A stretch of DNA of 64,000 bases from an uncultured Clostridia bacterium (GCA_944384815.1 CALWUW010000027.1:243-64242), one strand, 5' to 3'; positions 1 to 7,722 are shown, counted from the stretch's first letter. Notes: generated by a model not told the origin, from the sequence alone. A program made the numbers and translations.

Positions 1-630
1 CGCCGGAGTAAAATACTGGCCGCCCTTTTTCCCCGCGTTGGCGGCGTACATACTCATCAGGTATTCATAGGCGTCGCCGAACAGGTCGGGATTGATTCCA
101 CCGATATCATACAGCGGCATCTGCGCTACGCCGTCCAGCAGTTCGGCCAGCACCTTGTTCCGCTTGGCCACCGTTTCCCCAATGGATTTGCTGTTTACGT
201 CGAAGTCGTCGAACAGCCCGGCAAAGTCGTTTTCCGCATCGCCGCTAGCGGCGCTGCTCTCAATATGGGCAAAGACGCGCTCCAGCGTTTCGTTCAGGTT
301 TTCGTCCTGATCCGCACAGGCGCGGACATTGCAGAATAGTTCGCTGGGCAGGATGAAAAAGCCCTTTTCCTGCACCAATCCCTCACGGGCAGGCTCGGCG
401 TCTTCATCCGACATCCTGGCATAATCAAAGTCTTGATTCCCGGCGGCGTGTTCTCCCTCGTTGACATAAGCGGCGAAGTTCTCCGAAATATAGCGGTAGA
501 ACATCGTCCCCAGTACATAGGACTTAAAATCCCATTCCGACACGTGACCCGCATGGACCAGATCGGTTGCAATTTTATAGATACGGCGGAACAGCTCGTC
601 CCGCTCCTGATTTGTCTTAATATCCGCCAT
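1..630 (-). CDS. hsdM: Type I restriction-modification DNA methyltransferase subunit M, N-terminal ~210 codons; the gene runs off the left edge
   Basis: My own minus-strand translation from the ATG at 630 (RBS GAAGGAG 8 nt upstream) gives [52 protein letters not shown]...[26 protein letters not shown]. This shows an HsdM_N-type N-terminus and the AGK.GG.(Y/F)FTP methylase motif. It is missing from the ORF track because no stop codon lies in the window. Confidence 0.85.
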   Translation of the reverse strand, partial: MADIKTNQERDELFRRIYKIATDLVHAGHVSEWDFKSYVLGTMFYRYISENFAAYVNEGEHAAGNQDFDYARMSDEDAEPAREGLVQEKGFFILPSELFCNVRACADQDENLNETLERVFAHIESSAASGDAENDFAGLFDDFDVNSKSIGETVAKRNKVLAELLDGVAQMPLYDIGGINPDLFGDAYEYLMSMYAANAGKKGGQYFTPA

Positions 631-635
631 TGTGG

Positions 636-857
636 TTACTCCTTCTCTCTCAGCCATTCTGATTCGATTTCTTCAAAAGGGATCGCCTTTCCCTCGCAAA
701 ATGCTTTGATTTTCTTCATTGCTGTAATATTGGGCTTGGTTTTTCCATTTTCCCACCGGTTAATGGTGCCCACCGACACATGGAGTTCTTTTGCAAAATC
801 CTCTTGGGATAAAAGCGCTTTCTTGCGCATGGTTCGCAGTAGTTCATGCAGTGCCAT
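636..857 (-). CDS. XRE-family helix-turn-helix transcriptional regulator (73 aa)
   Basis: The track ORF contains [27 protein letters not shown], a classic HTH_3 motif. Its stop lies 6 nt from the hsdM start. Confidence 0.85.
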   Translation of the reverse strand: MALHELLRTMRKKALLSQEDFAKELHVSVGTINRWENGKTKPNITAMKKIKAFCEGKAIPFEEIESEWLREKE

Positions 858-975
858 TTCTCTATCGTTCTCCTTTCAGAAGACTACCGATATTATAACA
901 TAAACCTATCATTTTCTGCAATATCTGCTTCATTCCGTCTGCTTTTGTCTGTTGGAGAGATCCATTTTAAACTAC

Positions 976-1014
976 CCAAAAAGAAAAGCTGCCGTCGCTT
1001 GACAGCAGCTTTTC
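976..1014 (-). terminator. Intrinsic terminator downstream of tnpV
   Basis: A 10-bp stem GAAAAGCTGC/GCAGCTTTTC (983-992 and 1005-1014) is followed on the minus strand by a U-tract (A-run at 978-982 on the + strand). Confidence 0.6.
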
Positions 1015-1028
1015 CAAAAATAGAAATG

Positions 1029-1409
1029 TTATCTGTAGATCAATTTCGCATAGACAATCTCCTGTGCGGCATTTCGGATGTTATTCATCTTTTGTACCCA
1101 TGCCATTTGATCAATTGCCTTGAGAGATTCTGTAACACCGTTGCGCTGGGCCATTTGCTCTACCAGCCGAAAAAACATAGTCTCAGCCTGTTCATCAATA
1201 TTCGCAAGATAGCTTCTCAGTTTACCGCTTGTGAGCAGATTCGTATAGAGGACTTTGCGGTGCTGTTTGAGATACCGCAAATGCCGCTGTCCCCATATGC
1301 CGACAGATCTGTTTTCTTTTTCGATGGGTAGTACAAGGTTCGGCAAATAGTAATCTCCTTGCAAAGTATATCTGATGCCCGTTTTTTCATCAATGTAATG
1401 CTGTTCCAT
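1029..1409 (-). CDS. tnpV: TnpV-family transposon-associated protein
   Basis: MEQHYIDEKTGIRYTLQGDYYLPNL...GIWGQRHLRYLKQHRKVLYTNLLTSGKL.SYLANIDEQAE matches the TnpV family as I remember it. A GGAGG RBS lies 8 nt before the ATG at 1409, so the track start at 1424 (TTG) is probably too long. Confidence 0.8.
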   Translation of the reverse strand: MEQHYIDEKTGIRYTLQGDYYLPNLVLPIEKENRSVGIWGQRHLRYLKQHRKVLYTNLLTSGKLRSYLANIDEQAETMFFRLVEQMAQRNGVTESLKAIDQMAWVQKMNNIRNAAQEIVYAKLIYR

Positions 1410-1562
1410 TTTGTAATCCTCCAATATGATTGATTTTTCCTACAAATCCAATCATTCCGGCTGACTACAAAAACCAAAGGGAGAGAACTTCCTTACGAAG
1501 CCTCTCCCTCCGGAGGGGCTTTTTTCGAAAGCAGGGATCGGTTTTCAGATGCGTTTTTCAAA

Positions 1563-2570
1563 TCAGCTTTCATATAAAGAAGAAGGAAGCCGAAGGTCTT
1601 CCCGGCGAAGGCACTGAGGGGAAAATTCCCCTAAAAGCTCCCGGGCGGTAAGGGGCTGAGGCTTATCCAAAAGGCCGCAGAGAGAGGCCAGAAGGCCTAA
1701 AAGCTCCTGGGGGGAAAATCGCTGCCGCAAAGCGCCCAGATCCAGAGGCTTATCCCGTTTGGAAAGGCGGATCCCCTGAGGAGAAAGCAAAAGGGGAATG
1801 TGAATGTATTCCGGCTCCGGAAATCCCAGCAGGCGGGCAAGGAAGATCTGCCGGGGGGTGGAGGAAAGAAGATCCCGCCCCCGAACCACCTGCCGGATGC
1901 CCATAGCGCCGTCATCGCATACCACAGCCAGCTGGTACGCGAAAACGCCATCGGAACGGCGGAGGATAAAATCCCCGCAGTCTCTTTGCAGCTGCTGGGA
2001 AACCCAGCCCTGCAAACCGTCCTGAAATCCTATCTCTTCCGCCGGGACGTGGATCCGCAGGGCGGGAGAGCGATCTTTTTCCAGACGGACCCGTTCTTCC
2101 GGGGTAAGACGAAAGCACCGGCCGGTGTAAACCGGATCCCCCTGAGAAAGGTGAGGCGCCTGGGCGGCGTGGAGCTGCGCCCGGGTGCAGAAACAGGGAT
2201 AGACGATCCCCAAAGCTTCCAGCCGGGCAAGACATTGTTCATAAAAAGCCGTGCGCCGGCTCTGAAAATAGAGGGAGGGCTTTCCGTTTTGGGAGCCGCC
2301 TTCGTCCCAGTCCAGCCCCAGCCAGCGGAGATCCTCTTCCATTTGCAGGGCGTATTCCAGCCGGGAACGCTGGGGGTCCAAGTCCTCCACCCGAAGGACC
2401 ATCTCCCCTCCGGCGGAACGTGTGTACAGCCAGGCCAAAAGGGCGCAGAATACGTTTCCCAAATGCATACGCCCGGTGGGAGAAGGAGCAAACCGCCCCC
2501 GAATGGGTCCAGATGGGCCCGGCTGGGGCTGGGATTGGGACTGAGGGGAAGAAATTTGGCAGATGTCCAT
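1563..2570 (-). CDS. gluQ: Glutamyl-Q tRNA(Asp) synthetase (truncated GluRS paralogue)
   Basis: RFAPSPTGRMHLGN (HIGH region) and LSKRD (KMSKS-like) are present, the protein is ~335 aa, and there is no anticodon-binding domain. An AGGAGG RBS precedes the ATG at 2570. Confidence 0.85.
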   Translation of the reverse strand: MDICQISSPQSQSQPQPGPSGPIRGRFAPSPTGRMHLGNVFCALLAWLYTRSAGGEMVLRVEDLDPQRSRLEYALQMEEDLRWLGLDWDEGGSQNGKPSLYFQSRRTAFYEQCLARLEALGIVYPCFCTRAQLHAAQAPHLSQGDPVYTGRCFRLTPEERVRLEKDRSPALRIHVPAEEIGFQDGLQGWVSQQLQRDCGDFILRRSDGVFAYQLAVVCDDGAMGIRQVVRGRDLLSSTPRQIFLARLLGFPEPEYIHIPLLLSPQGIRLSKRDKPLDLGALRQRFSPQELLGLLASLCGLLDKPQPLTARELLGEFSPQCLRREDLRLPSSLYES

Positions 2571-2766
2571 GAGAAAACCTCCTGAAACGGACGTGGAACC
2601 CACAGCCGATAAACCGGCTGAGCCGGCGAAAAAACGGTAACGCTATGTTGCTATGACGCTATGACGCCGCGGCACGGCGGCGCTACGGCCTTATAACCCG
2701 CAATGCTCCGGCGGCGCAGATTTGCGGGTTTTATTGTACCATGTTTTTTTGAATTTGAACATACAG

Positions 2767-2876
2767 CAGAAGGCAGAAGGTACAAGGCGCAAGGCACAAG
2801 TCGTAAGGTGTAAGGCACAAGGCGCAGAGTAAGAGTATAGAGCACAGAGCACAGAACACAGAACACAAAGCAAAAG
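2767..2876. repeat. Drifting tandem heptamer array (16 units, NNNARRG type)
   Basis: The sequence reads CAGAAGG CAGAAGG TACAAGG CGCAAGG CACAAGT CGTAAGG TGTAAGG CACAAGG CGCAGAG TAAGAG TATAGAG CACAGAG CACAGAA CACAGAA CACAAAG CAAAAG. Confidence 0.9.
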
Positions 2877-3004
2877 CATTGCTCCGGATCCAGGCTGTTT
2901 TACAGAGGATTGTTTATGGGAACTGCCGGAAGAAAACGCCGGGGCCCTTTGCAGAAGAGAAAGTAAATCTTTTTCCCTAAAAAAATAAAAAATTTTTCCG
3001 GAAC

Positions 3005-3033
3005 TGCAACAAAAACGGACTTTCAAACGTGTA
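3005..3033 (+). promoter_or_regulatory. ECF-type promoter candidate TGCAAC-N17-CGTGTA, preceded by an A/T-tract (2978-2997)
   Basis: The same TGCAAC-N17-GT.TATAGAA arrangement, with the same AAAAAATTTTT-type tract, recurs upstream of the second ECF sigma gene (26760-26791). Confidence 0.45.
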
Positions 3034-3062
3034 TAGAATGAGAGGGAAAAGGAGGGGGAAAC

Positions 3063-3581
3063 ATGCGGGACTACGAAAGCAAAGAAAACGTGCACCCCGA
3101 TTGGGAAGAAGTGTATCATCGCTATGTGGAAATGGTGTATCGGACTTGCGCTTATTTTTTGAAGCACCCGGCAGACGCAGAAGACGCGGTGCAGACGGTC
3201 TTTTTGCGCTTTTTGGAAAAAGCCCCTCCTTTTCAGGAAGAAGAACACTGTAAGGCCTGGCTTTTGGTCACGGCCTCCAATGTGTGCAGGGATGTGCTGC
3301 GGCGGAAAAAGGCCATCCCTCTGGAAGCCCCGGAAAATGCCGGGCAGGCCTTTTGGCGCCGGGAGGAAGCTGCTCCCGGAGAGGAAGAGAAAATCCTGGA
3401 AATTTTACTGACGCTTCCGCTGCGGTATAAACAGGTAATGTATCTTTATTATTACGAAGGATATTCCTGTGAGGAAACAGCGGCTTTACTAAAGAAAAAT
3501 CCCTCCACCGTCCGCACTCTTCTTCGCAGGGGAAGGGAAAAGCTGAAAATTCAGTTGGCAGGAAAGGAAGGATCCAAATGA
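3063..3581 (+). CDS. ECF-family RNA polymerase sigma-70 factor
   Basis: Region 2 (DAEDAVQTVFLRFL...KAWLLVTASNVCRDVLRRKK) and region 4 (YKQVMYLYYYEGYSCEETAALLKKNPSTVRTLLRRGREKL) are both present. A GGAGGGGG RBS precedes the start. Confidence 0.9.
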   Translation: MRDYESKENVHPDWEEVYHRYVEMVYRTCAYFLKHPADAEDAVQTVFLRFLEKAPPFQEEEHCKAWLLVTASNVCRDVLRRKKAIPLEAPENAGQAFWRREEAAPGEEEKILEILLTLPLRYKQVMYLYYYEGYSCEETAALLKKNPSTVRTLLRRGREKLKIQLAGKEGSK

Positions 3582-4648
3582 AACGGGGGAAAACCAAGAT
3601 CCTGTGTTTACAGGAAGCGGCCGGAGAACGGCTGGAGATGCAGCGTGTGTTTCGGGTCTTGGAACCCATTCGACCGGACGAAGAGGCGATTCAGCGAATG
3701 AAAACCGCCATTGCGCAAAAAGTCGCTGAAAAAATCAGCGGAGAAAGCCTTCCTTTGGAAAGGAAAGGGATGGCACGGCCCCGGGCGGCAGCGGCCTGTC
3801 TGGCTGTTGTATTGGCTCTGGCGGCGGGAGGCGCCGTTTTGTGGCTGACGGAAGGCGGCGGATTTTCCCTGGGTGGGATGACGCCTCCTGTGGGAGAAGG
3901 GTCATCTTCATCGCAAAATGAGGGAGAAAACAGCGGGTCCGGCCAGCAGGAGAACACTTCCTTGGCGTATATGACATTGTTCTATCAGAACCGGCGCTAT
4001 AAATCCCAGATGGAAATCAATCCTGTCGTCCGGGAAAAATACCAGATCCAGGCTTCTTTTGGTGAGTGTTTGGGAGAAGTCAAGCCTTTGTATGACGCTA
4101 TGGGGGAGAGCTCTTTTCATTCTTCCTCTTCCGTCTCTTCCCCTTCTTCTTATCCGGACCTTACCGTGAATATCCTTCTTTCCGGAGAAATTTATACTAT
4201 GCAGGGATATGACCCTCGATTTTTACTGTGCCGGTTTCAGGAAAGTCCCTACCCGGAGACGGCCTTTACCTTCTACCTGTGTTTGGATGATTTTTCTATT
4301 TCCACCGGCAAGGATCTGTTTGGAGATCTGCTGCATCTGAAGGAATACACGTTGGGCCGTGAAAGCGGAAGCCGGGAAAACGGGGCTTGTTATCCTCTTC
4401 CGGATAATTGGGATGCTTTCTTGGAAGAATTGTATGCGGCTCCTGTGGCCACACCCCAAGAGGGAGAGGTGGATTATAAGAAAGCAACCGGCCTTTCTCT
4501 TCATCTTCAGGGTGGAATTTGCGCTTCCATTTCGCTGTTTGAAAACGGCTGGGTGGAATTCGCCGATATGTTCTTCCGGCTGGAAGGGCAGGAATACCAG
4601 CAGGTCTATGCCTACTGCAAGGGCATGGGCGCTGAGCTTTTAGGTTGA
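3578..4648 (+). CDS. Putative anti-sigma factor: short cytoplasmic N-terminus, one TM helix, Ser/Gly linker, unassigned ~220-aa extracytoplasmic domain
   Basis: Its start overlaps the sigma gene stop (ATGA). The TM segment is AAAACLAVVLALAAGGAVLWL. The C-terminal domain is paralogous to the next two genes (LFYQNR.Y, YPDLT.N, GYDP.FLLCR, DLFGDLLHL, LP.NWDAFLEELYAAP.ATP, NGW..F.D.YFR.EG.EY..VY.Y). Confidence 0.75.
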   Translation: MKRGKTKILCLQEAAGERLEMQRVFRVLEPIRPDEEAIQRMKTAIAQKVAEKISGESLPLERKGMARPRAAAACLAVVLALAAGGAVLWLTEGGGFSLGGMTPPVGEGSSSSQNEGENSGSGQQENTSLAYMTLFYQNRRYKSQMEINPVVREKYQIQASFGECLGEVKPLYDAMGESSFHSSSSVSSPSSYPDLTVNILLSGEIYTMQGYDPRFLLCRFQESPYPETAFTFYLCLDDFSISTGKDLFGDLLHLKEYTLGRESGSRENGACYPLPDNWDAFLEELYAAPVATPQEGEVDYKKATGLSLHLQGGICASISLFENGWVEFADMFFRLEGQEYQQVYAYCKGMGAELLG

Positions 4649-4784
4649 CGGAACAGCCCGGCGTCCGATGCCCGGCGTGCAAAACGAAAATATAAGTTCA
4701 GGTGTTCAGGAAGCCGGAGGCGTTCCGGCTCCCTCAGGAAAGATAGCGGGACAGGATACGGGCCGTAAGCCGCAGCCCCATAGC

Positions 4785-4856
4785 CCTACAGTCACACAGC
4801 CACACAGACCTAAATCCTACAGACTACAGACTACAGACCACAGTCACAGGCCACAG
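4785..4856. repeat. Drifting tandem 7-8-mer array (CCTACAG/ACTACAG type)
   Basis: The sequence reads CCTACAG TCACACAG CCACACAG ACCTAAAT CCTACAG ACTACAG ACTACAG ACCACAG TCACAG GCCACAG. Confidence 0.85.
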
Positions 4857-4920
4857 CGGCGGGCGTATACAGGGAAACAGGCGCCCGCAGGCGAAAATCC
4901 AAAACAAAGGAGGAATTCTT

Positions 4921-5730
4921 ATGGCAAAGCATTCTGGTTCTTGTGGTTCCTTTCTGAAAAAAGCGCCTACAGCAGCGCCGTCACTCCGGAAAATGGCGGC
5001 CGTATTTCTGGCGTTTTCCCTTTTGCTTCTTTCCGCTTGCCAGGGAAATACCTCTCAGGTTACCTATGAATTTCGTCCTTTTGCTTCTTTGTATTATCAG
5101 GACCGGCAGTATGAGGCGTATACATCGGTGAATTGTATTGCCCGGGAAAAGCAGGATATAGAAATGCTTTTGGAGGAATACCTGGGAGAAGCCAGGCCGT
5201 CCCAGGGAGAGGCGGGGGAAGAAACCGGCGCCCATCCCGATCTCACCGGAAACTTCCCTACGGAATCGAAGGTGTATACGCTGGAAGATTACGATCCCCG
5301 ATTTTTGCTGTGCCGGCTTCGTGAAGGACCGGAAGGGGAGCTTAGCCGGATTGTGTTCCACCAATGCCTGGATGATTTTACCATTGCCACCGGGGAGGAC
5401 TTGTTCGGAGATCTGCTGCATCTGCATCAAAACGCGTGGGGTTTGGAAAAAGGGATGGCTTCTCCGGAAGGGCCGTATGCCCTCCCGGAAAACTGGGATG
5501 CGTTTCTGGAAGAATTGTATGCGGCTCCCGTGGCTACCCCTGGGGATGGGGAACTCCGGCAAGGAATATATATTTTTCTCAATGTGCAAAAAGGAATGCA
5601 GGTGAGTTTGCACCTGAATCCAAACGGTTGGGTGGGATTTTCCGATACGTACTTCCGGGTGGAAGGGGAAGAATACCGGAAAGTCTATGCCTATTGCCAG
5701 GGATTTTATGCGACGCCCATCCGGGAATAA
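4921..5730 (+). CDS. Lipoprotein, paralogue 2 of the anti-sigma ectodomain family
   Basis: An AAGGAGG RBS precedes the start and the lipobox is LLLLSAC. The protein shares the conserved blocks listed for 3578-4648. Confidence 0.85.
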   Translation: MAKHSGSCGSFLKKAPTAAPSLRKMAAVFLAFSLLLLSACQGNTSQVTYEFRPFASLYYQDRQYEAYTSVNCIAREKQDIEMLLEEYLGEARPSQGEAGEETGAHPDLTGNFPTESKVYTLEDYDPRFLLCRLREGPEGELSRIVFHQCLDDFTIATGEDLFGDLLHLHQNAWGLEKGMASPEGPYALPENWDAFLEELYAAPVATPGDGELRQGIYIFLNVQKGMQVSLHLNPNGWVGFSDTYFRVEGEEYRKVYAYCQGFYATPIRE

Positions 5731-5926
5731 AGGAAAGATGACGAAAAGAAACGGTTGCCGCCGGAACACAGGAACACCGGAACACTGAAACACCGGATTG
5801 GCAGCAGACCTGTAAGAGAATAAAGAAGAGAGGAATGTGAAAAGCGAAAGAAAAAGGGAAAAAGAAAAAAGAAAAAAGAAAAATGGAAACGTGTATGGTT
5901 CAGCAATGTTGAAAGGGGGAATCTTC

Positions 5927-6742
5927 GTGACAAACTCTCGATTTTCTTTGAAAAGGTCTCTGGCCTGGCTTTTGGCCCTTTCCCTTCTGCTCCTTTCCGC
6001 CTGCCAGAAAGCACCTTCCTCCGGCGGTTCTTCCTCTTTGGGGGAGGAAAGCGGCAATTCCGCTTCCGGCCAGCAAGGAAATGCCTCCTGGGCGTATGCG
6101 TCCCTGTTTTATCAGAATCGGCACTACAAAACCAATTGGATGACGTTCACGGAGGAAGATAACGCCAAAAGAAAAGCCGTGTTGGGTGATTTTTTGGGAG
6201 AAGGGAAACCATTATATGACGGAGCGGAAAACGGTTCCTCCTATCCGGATCTCACTTTCAATGTAGGGTTGGATGGTGATGTGTATACGGTAAAGGGATA
6301 CGACCCGAAATTTTTGCTTTGCCGCTTCACTGAAGCCTCTTCAGAAGACCCAGGCGGCGTAATGTTTCATTGCTGCCTGGAAGGATTTTCCTTTTCCACC
6401 GGCAAGGATTTGTTCGGGGATTTGCTGCATCTAAAGGAAAAATCCTCGCTTTTGGGAAAAGCTTTTCTTAACCCGGAATATTCCGATCATTCTCTTCCGG
6501 AAAACTGGGACGCGTTCCTGGAAGAGCTTTACGCCGCCCCGGCCGCCACGCCTCAGGAGAATGAAATTCAAGAGGGAGTACTTCTGCGGATCGTGGCGTC
6601 GGATGGAATCCGAGCAGATGTGGCCCTGTATGAAAGCGGCTGGGCGGAATTTTCGGATGTATATTTCCGCCTGGAAGGGCAGGAATATCAAAAGGTGTAT
6701 GAGTACGCCAAAGAGGTATATGGGGACGAAGCTATGCCGTAA
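5927..6742 (+). CDS. Lipoprotein, paralogue 3 of the anti-sigma ectodomain family
   Basis: The lipobox is LLLLSAC and the conserved blocks are the same as for 3578-4648. I prefer the GTG at 5927 (RBS AAGGGGGA 6 nt upstream). The track start at 5837 would add a Lys/Glu/Arg-rich extension translated from a polypurine tract. Confidence 0.8.
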   Translation: MTNSRFSLKRSLAWLLALSLLLLSACQKAPSSGGSSSLGEESGNSASGQQGNASWAYASLFYQNRHYKTNWMTFTEEDNAKRKAVLGDFLGEGKPLYDGAENGSSYPDLTFNVGLDGDVYTVKGYDPKFLLCRFTEASSEDPGGVMFHCCLEGFSFSTGKDLFGDLLHLKEKSSLLGKAFLNPEYSDHSLPENWDAFLEELYAAPAATPQENEIQEGVLLRIVASDGIRADVALYESGWAEFSDVYFRLEGQEYQKVYEYAKEVYGDEAMP

Positions 6743-6792
6743 AGAAATCTTCTGTGATTTGCCCCTGTAAGGCACCGTGATCCATATAAGCC

Positions 6793-6845
6793 AATAAAAC
6801 GCGGCCGGCTTCTGGAATGCACCAGGAGCCGGCCGTTGTTTTTTA
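6793..6845. terminator. Bidirectional intrinsic terminator between convergent genes
   Basis: A 14-bp stem CGGCCGGCTTCTGG/CCAGGAGCCGGCCG is flanked by an A-rich run on the left and TTGTTTTTT on the right. Confidence 0.8.
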
Positions 6846-6867
6846 TGGATTCTTTTTTCACTGAAAA

Positions 6868-7722
6868 TTACCCTACGGCTTCCACAGAAGACGCGTTCTG
6901 GGCTTCTTCCGGAAGAGAGGGGAATTTAGTGCCGCCTATATCGGAGAAACCGGCGGCCAGGGTGCACTGGGAGATCTTCACCGCGTCCTCCGCACCGTCA
7001 ATGGCTTCAAATACCTGCTGCATCCGCTGGGAAGCGTCCAGCTCCAGATGAAGAAGCCGACCGTCTTCCTTGCTGATCCAGCAATATCCGTGCAGGCCCG
7101 TTCCATTTTCCAGACTGTTCAGGCTTTCAATGAGCACATCCGTCAGCTCTCCTGCGGAGGAGTCCATACCGGAAGAAACGATCAGCGTTTCCAGCAGGCT
7201 GCGTAGACATTCTCCGTCGAAGGACAGTTCCAGTTTATGGGCAGCGATGCCTTCCCACTCCTCTTCCCGCAGATAGCTTTGCCCTTTTACATGGGAAAGC
7301 AGCTGCAGCATATCCAGCTGTTTCTGAGGGTCCGTGTCCAGCTCCTCCAGAGGCGTTTTGAACCAGCCGTCCCCGGATTGACTGTATTGGACGAAACTGC
7401 CGTTTTCCTCCAGAACATAGCTTTCCAAAGTGGACGGCGCGCCGGCAGCATTGGAGACGGCCAGAGTGTACAGGCCGAAGGGGTCTTTCCGGTATGTGGT
7501 ATCGTTCCTTTGGGAAAAGGAATACGTGGGGGAATCTTCCAGCTCCTGTATGGTGAAGGTTAGTTGACTTTCATAATATAAGGTGCCGTTTTCCATGGAG
7601 CCGGCCAGGGAGTAAGCCTCCCGGAACAAAGCGCCTGCGTCCGGTGTTTCCGAAGAACAGGCGAACAGGAAGAAAATACTGGCCAGCAGGGCGGCGGCAG
7701 CGGCGAAAAGCTTTTTTTTCAT
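6868..7722 (-). CDS. Secreted lipoprotein of unknown function
   Basis: MKKKLFAAAAALLASIFFLFACSS is a signal peptide with a lipobox. An AAGGAG RBS lies upstream of the ATG at 7722, and the track start at 7734 is a GTG. I do not recognise any enzymatic motif. Confidence 0.8.
   Translation of the reverse strand: MKKKLFAAAAALLASIFFLFACSSETPDAGALFREAYSLAGSMENGTLYYESQLTFTIQELEDSPTYSFSQRNDTTYRKDPFGLYTLAVSNAAGAPSTLESYVLEENGSFVQYSQSGDGWFKTPLEELDTDPQKQLDMLQLLSHVKGQSYLREEEWEGIAAHKLELSFDGECLRSLLETLIVSSGMDSSAGELTDVLIESLNSLENGTGLHGYCWISKEDGRLLHLELDASQRMQQVFEAIDGAEDAVKISQCTLAAGFSDIGGTKFPSLPEEAQNASSVEAVG

Larger units (their letters stand above)
1..1430. mobile_element. Terminal segment of an integrated mobile element (type I R-M methylase, XRE regulator, TnpV); the exact end is not defined
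   Basis: The gene content (hsdM, HTH_XRE, TnpV) is typical cargo or end-module of clostridial transposons and ICEs. The housekeeping gene gluQ starts immediately to the right. No recombinase or att repeat is visible inside the window. Confidence 0.5.

Noticed and set aside
2767-2876. The possibility that the short tandem repeats are degenerate CRISPR arrays or coding low-complexity regions.
   Set aside because: The units are 6-9 nt and directly abut with no spacers. No cas genes are present. The arrays are confined to gaps between well-defined genes and lie in no consistent reading frame.
2691-3248. A 185-codon minus-strand ORF across the divergent gluQ/sigma promoter region.
   Set aside because: It crosses the heptamer array and A/T-tracts and overlaps the sigma gene start in antisense. 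It has no RBS.
5837-5926. The Lys/Glu/Arg-rich N-terminal extension (MKSERKREKEKRKKK...) of paralogue 3 suggested by the track.
   Set aside because: It is translated from a polypurine tract and has no RBS. A good RBS and GTG at 5927 give a canonical signal peptide of normal length.
4981-6057. A 358-codon minus-strand ORF across paralogue 2 and the polypurine tract.
   Set aside because: It is antisense to a lipoprotein gene with an RBS and lipobox. Its N-terminal part is poly-Phe/Leu/Ser derived from the polypurine complement.
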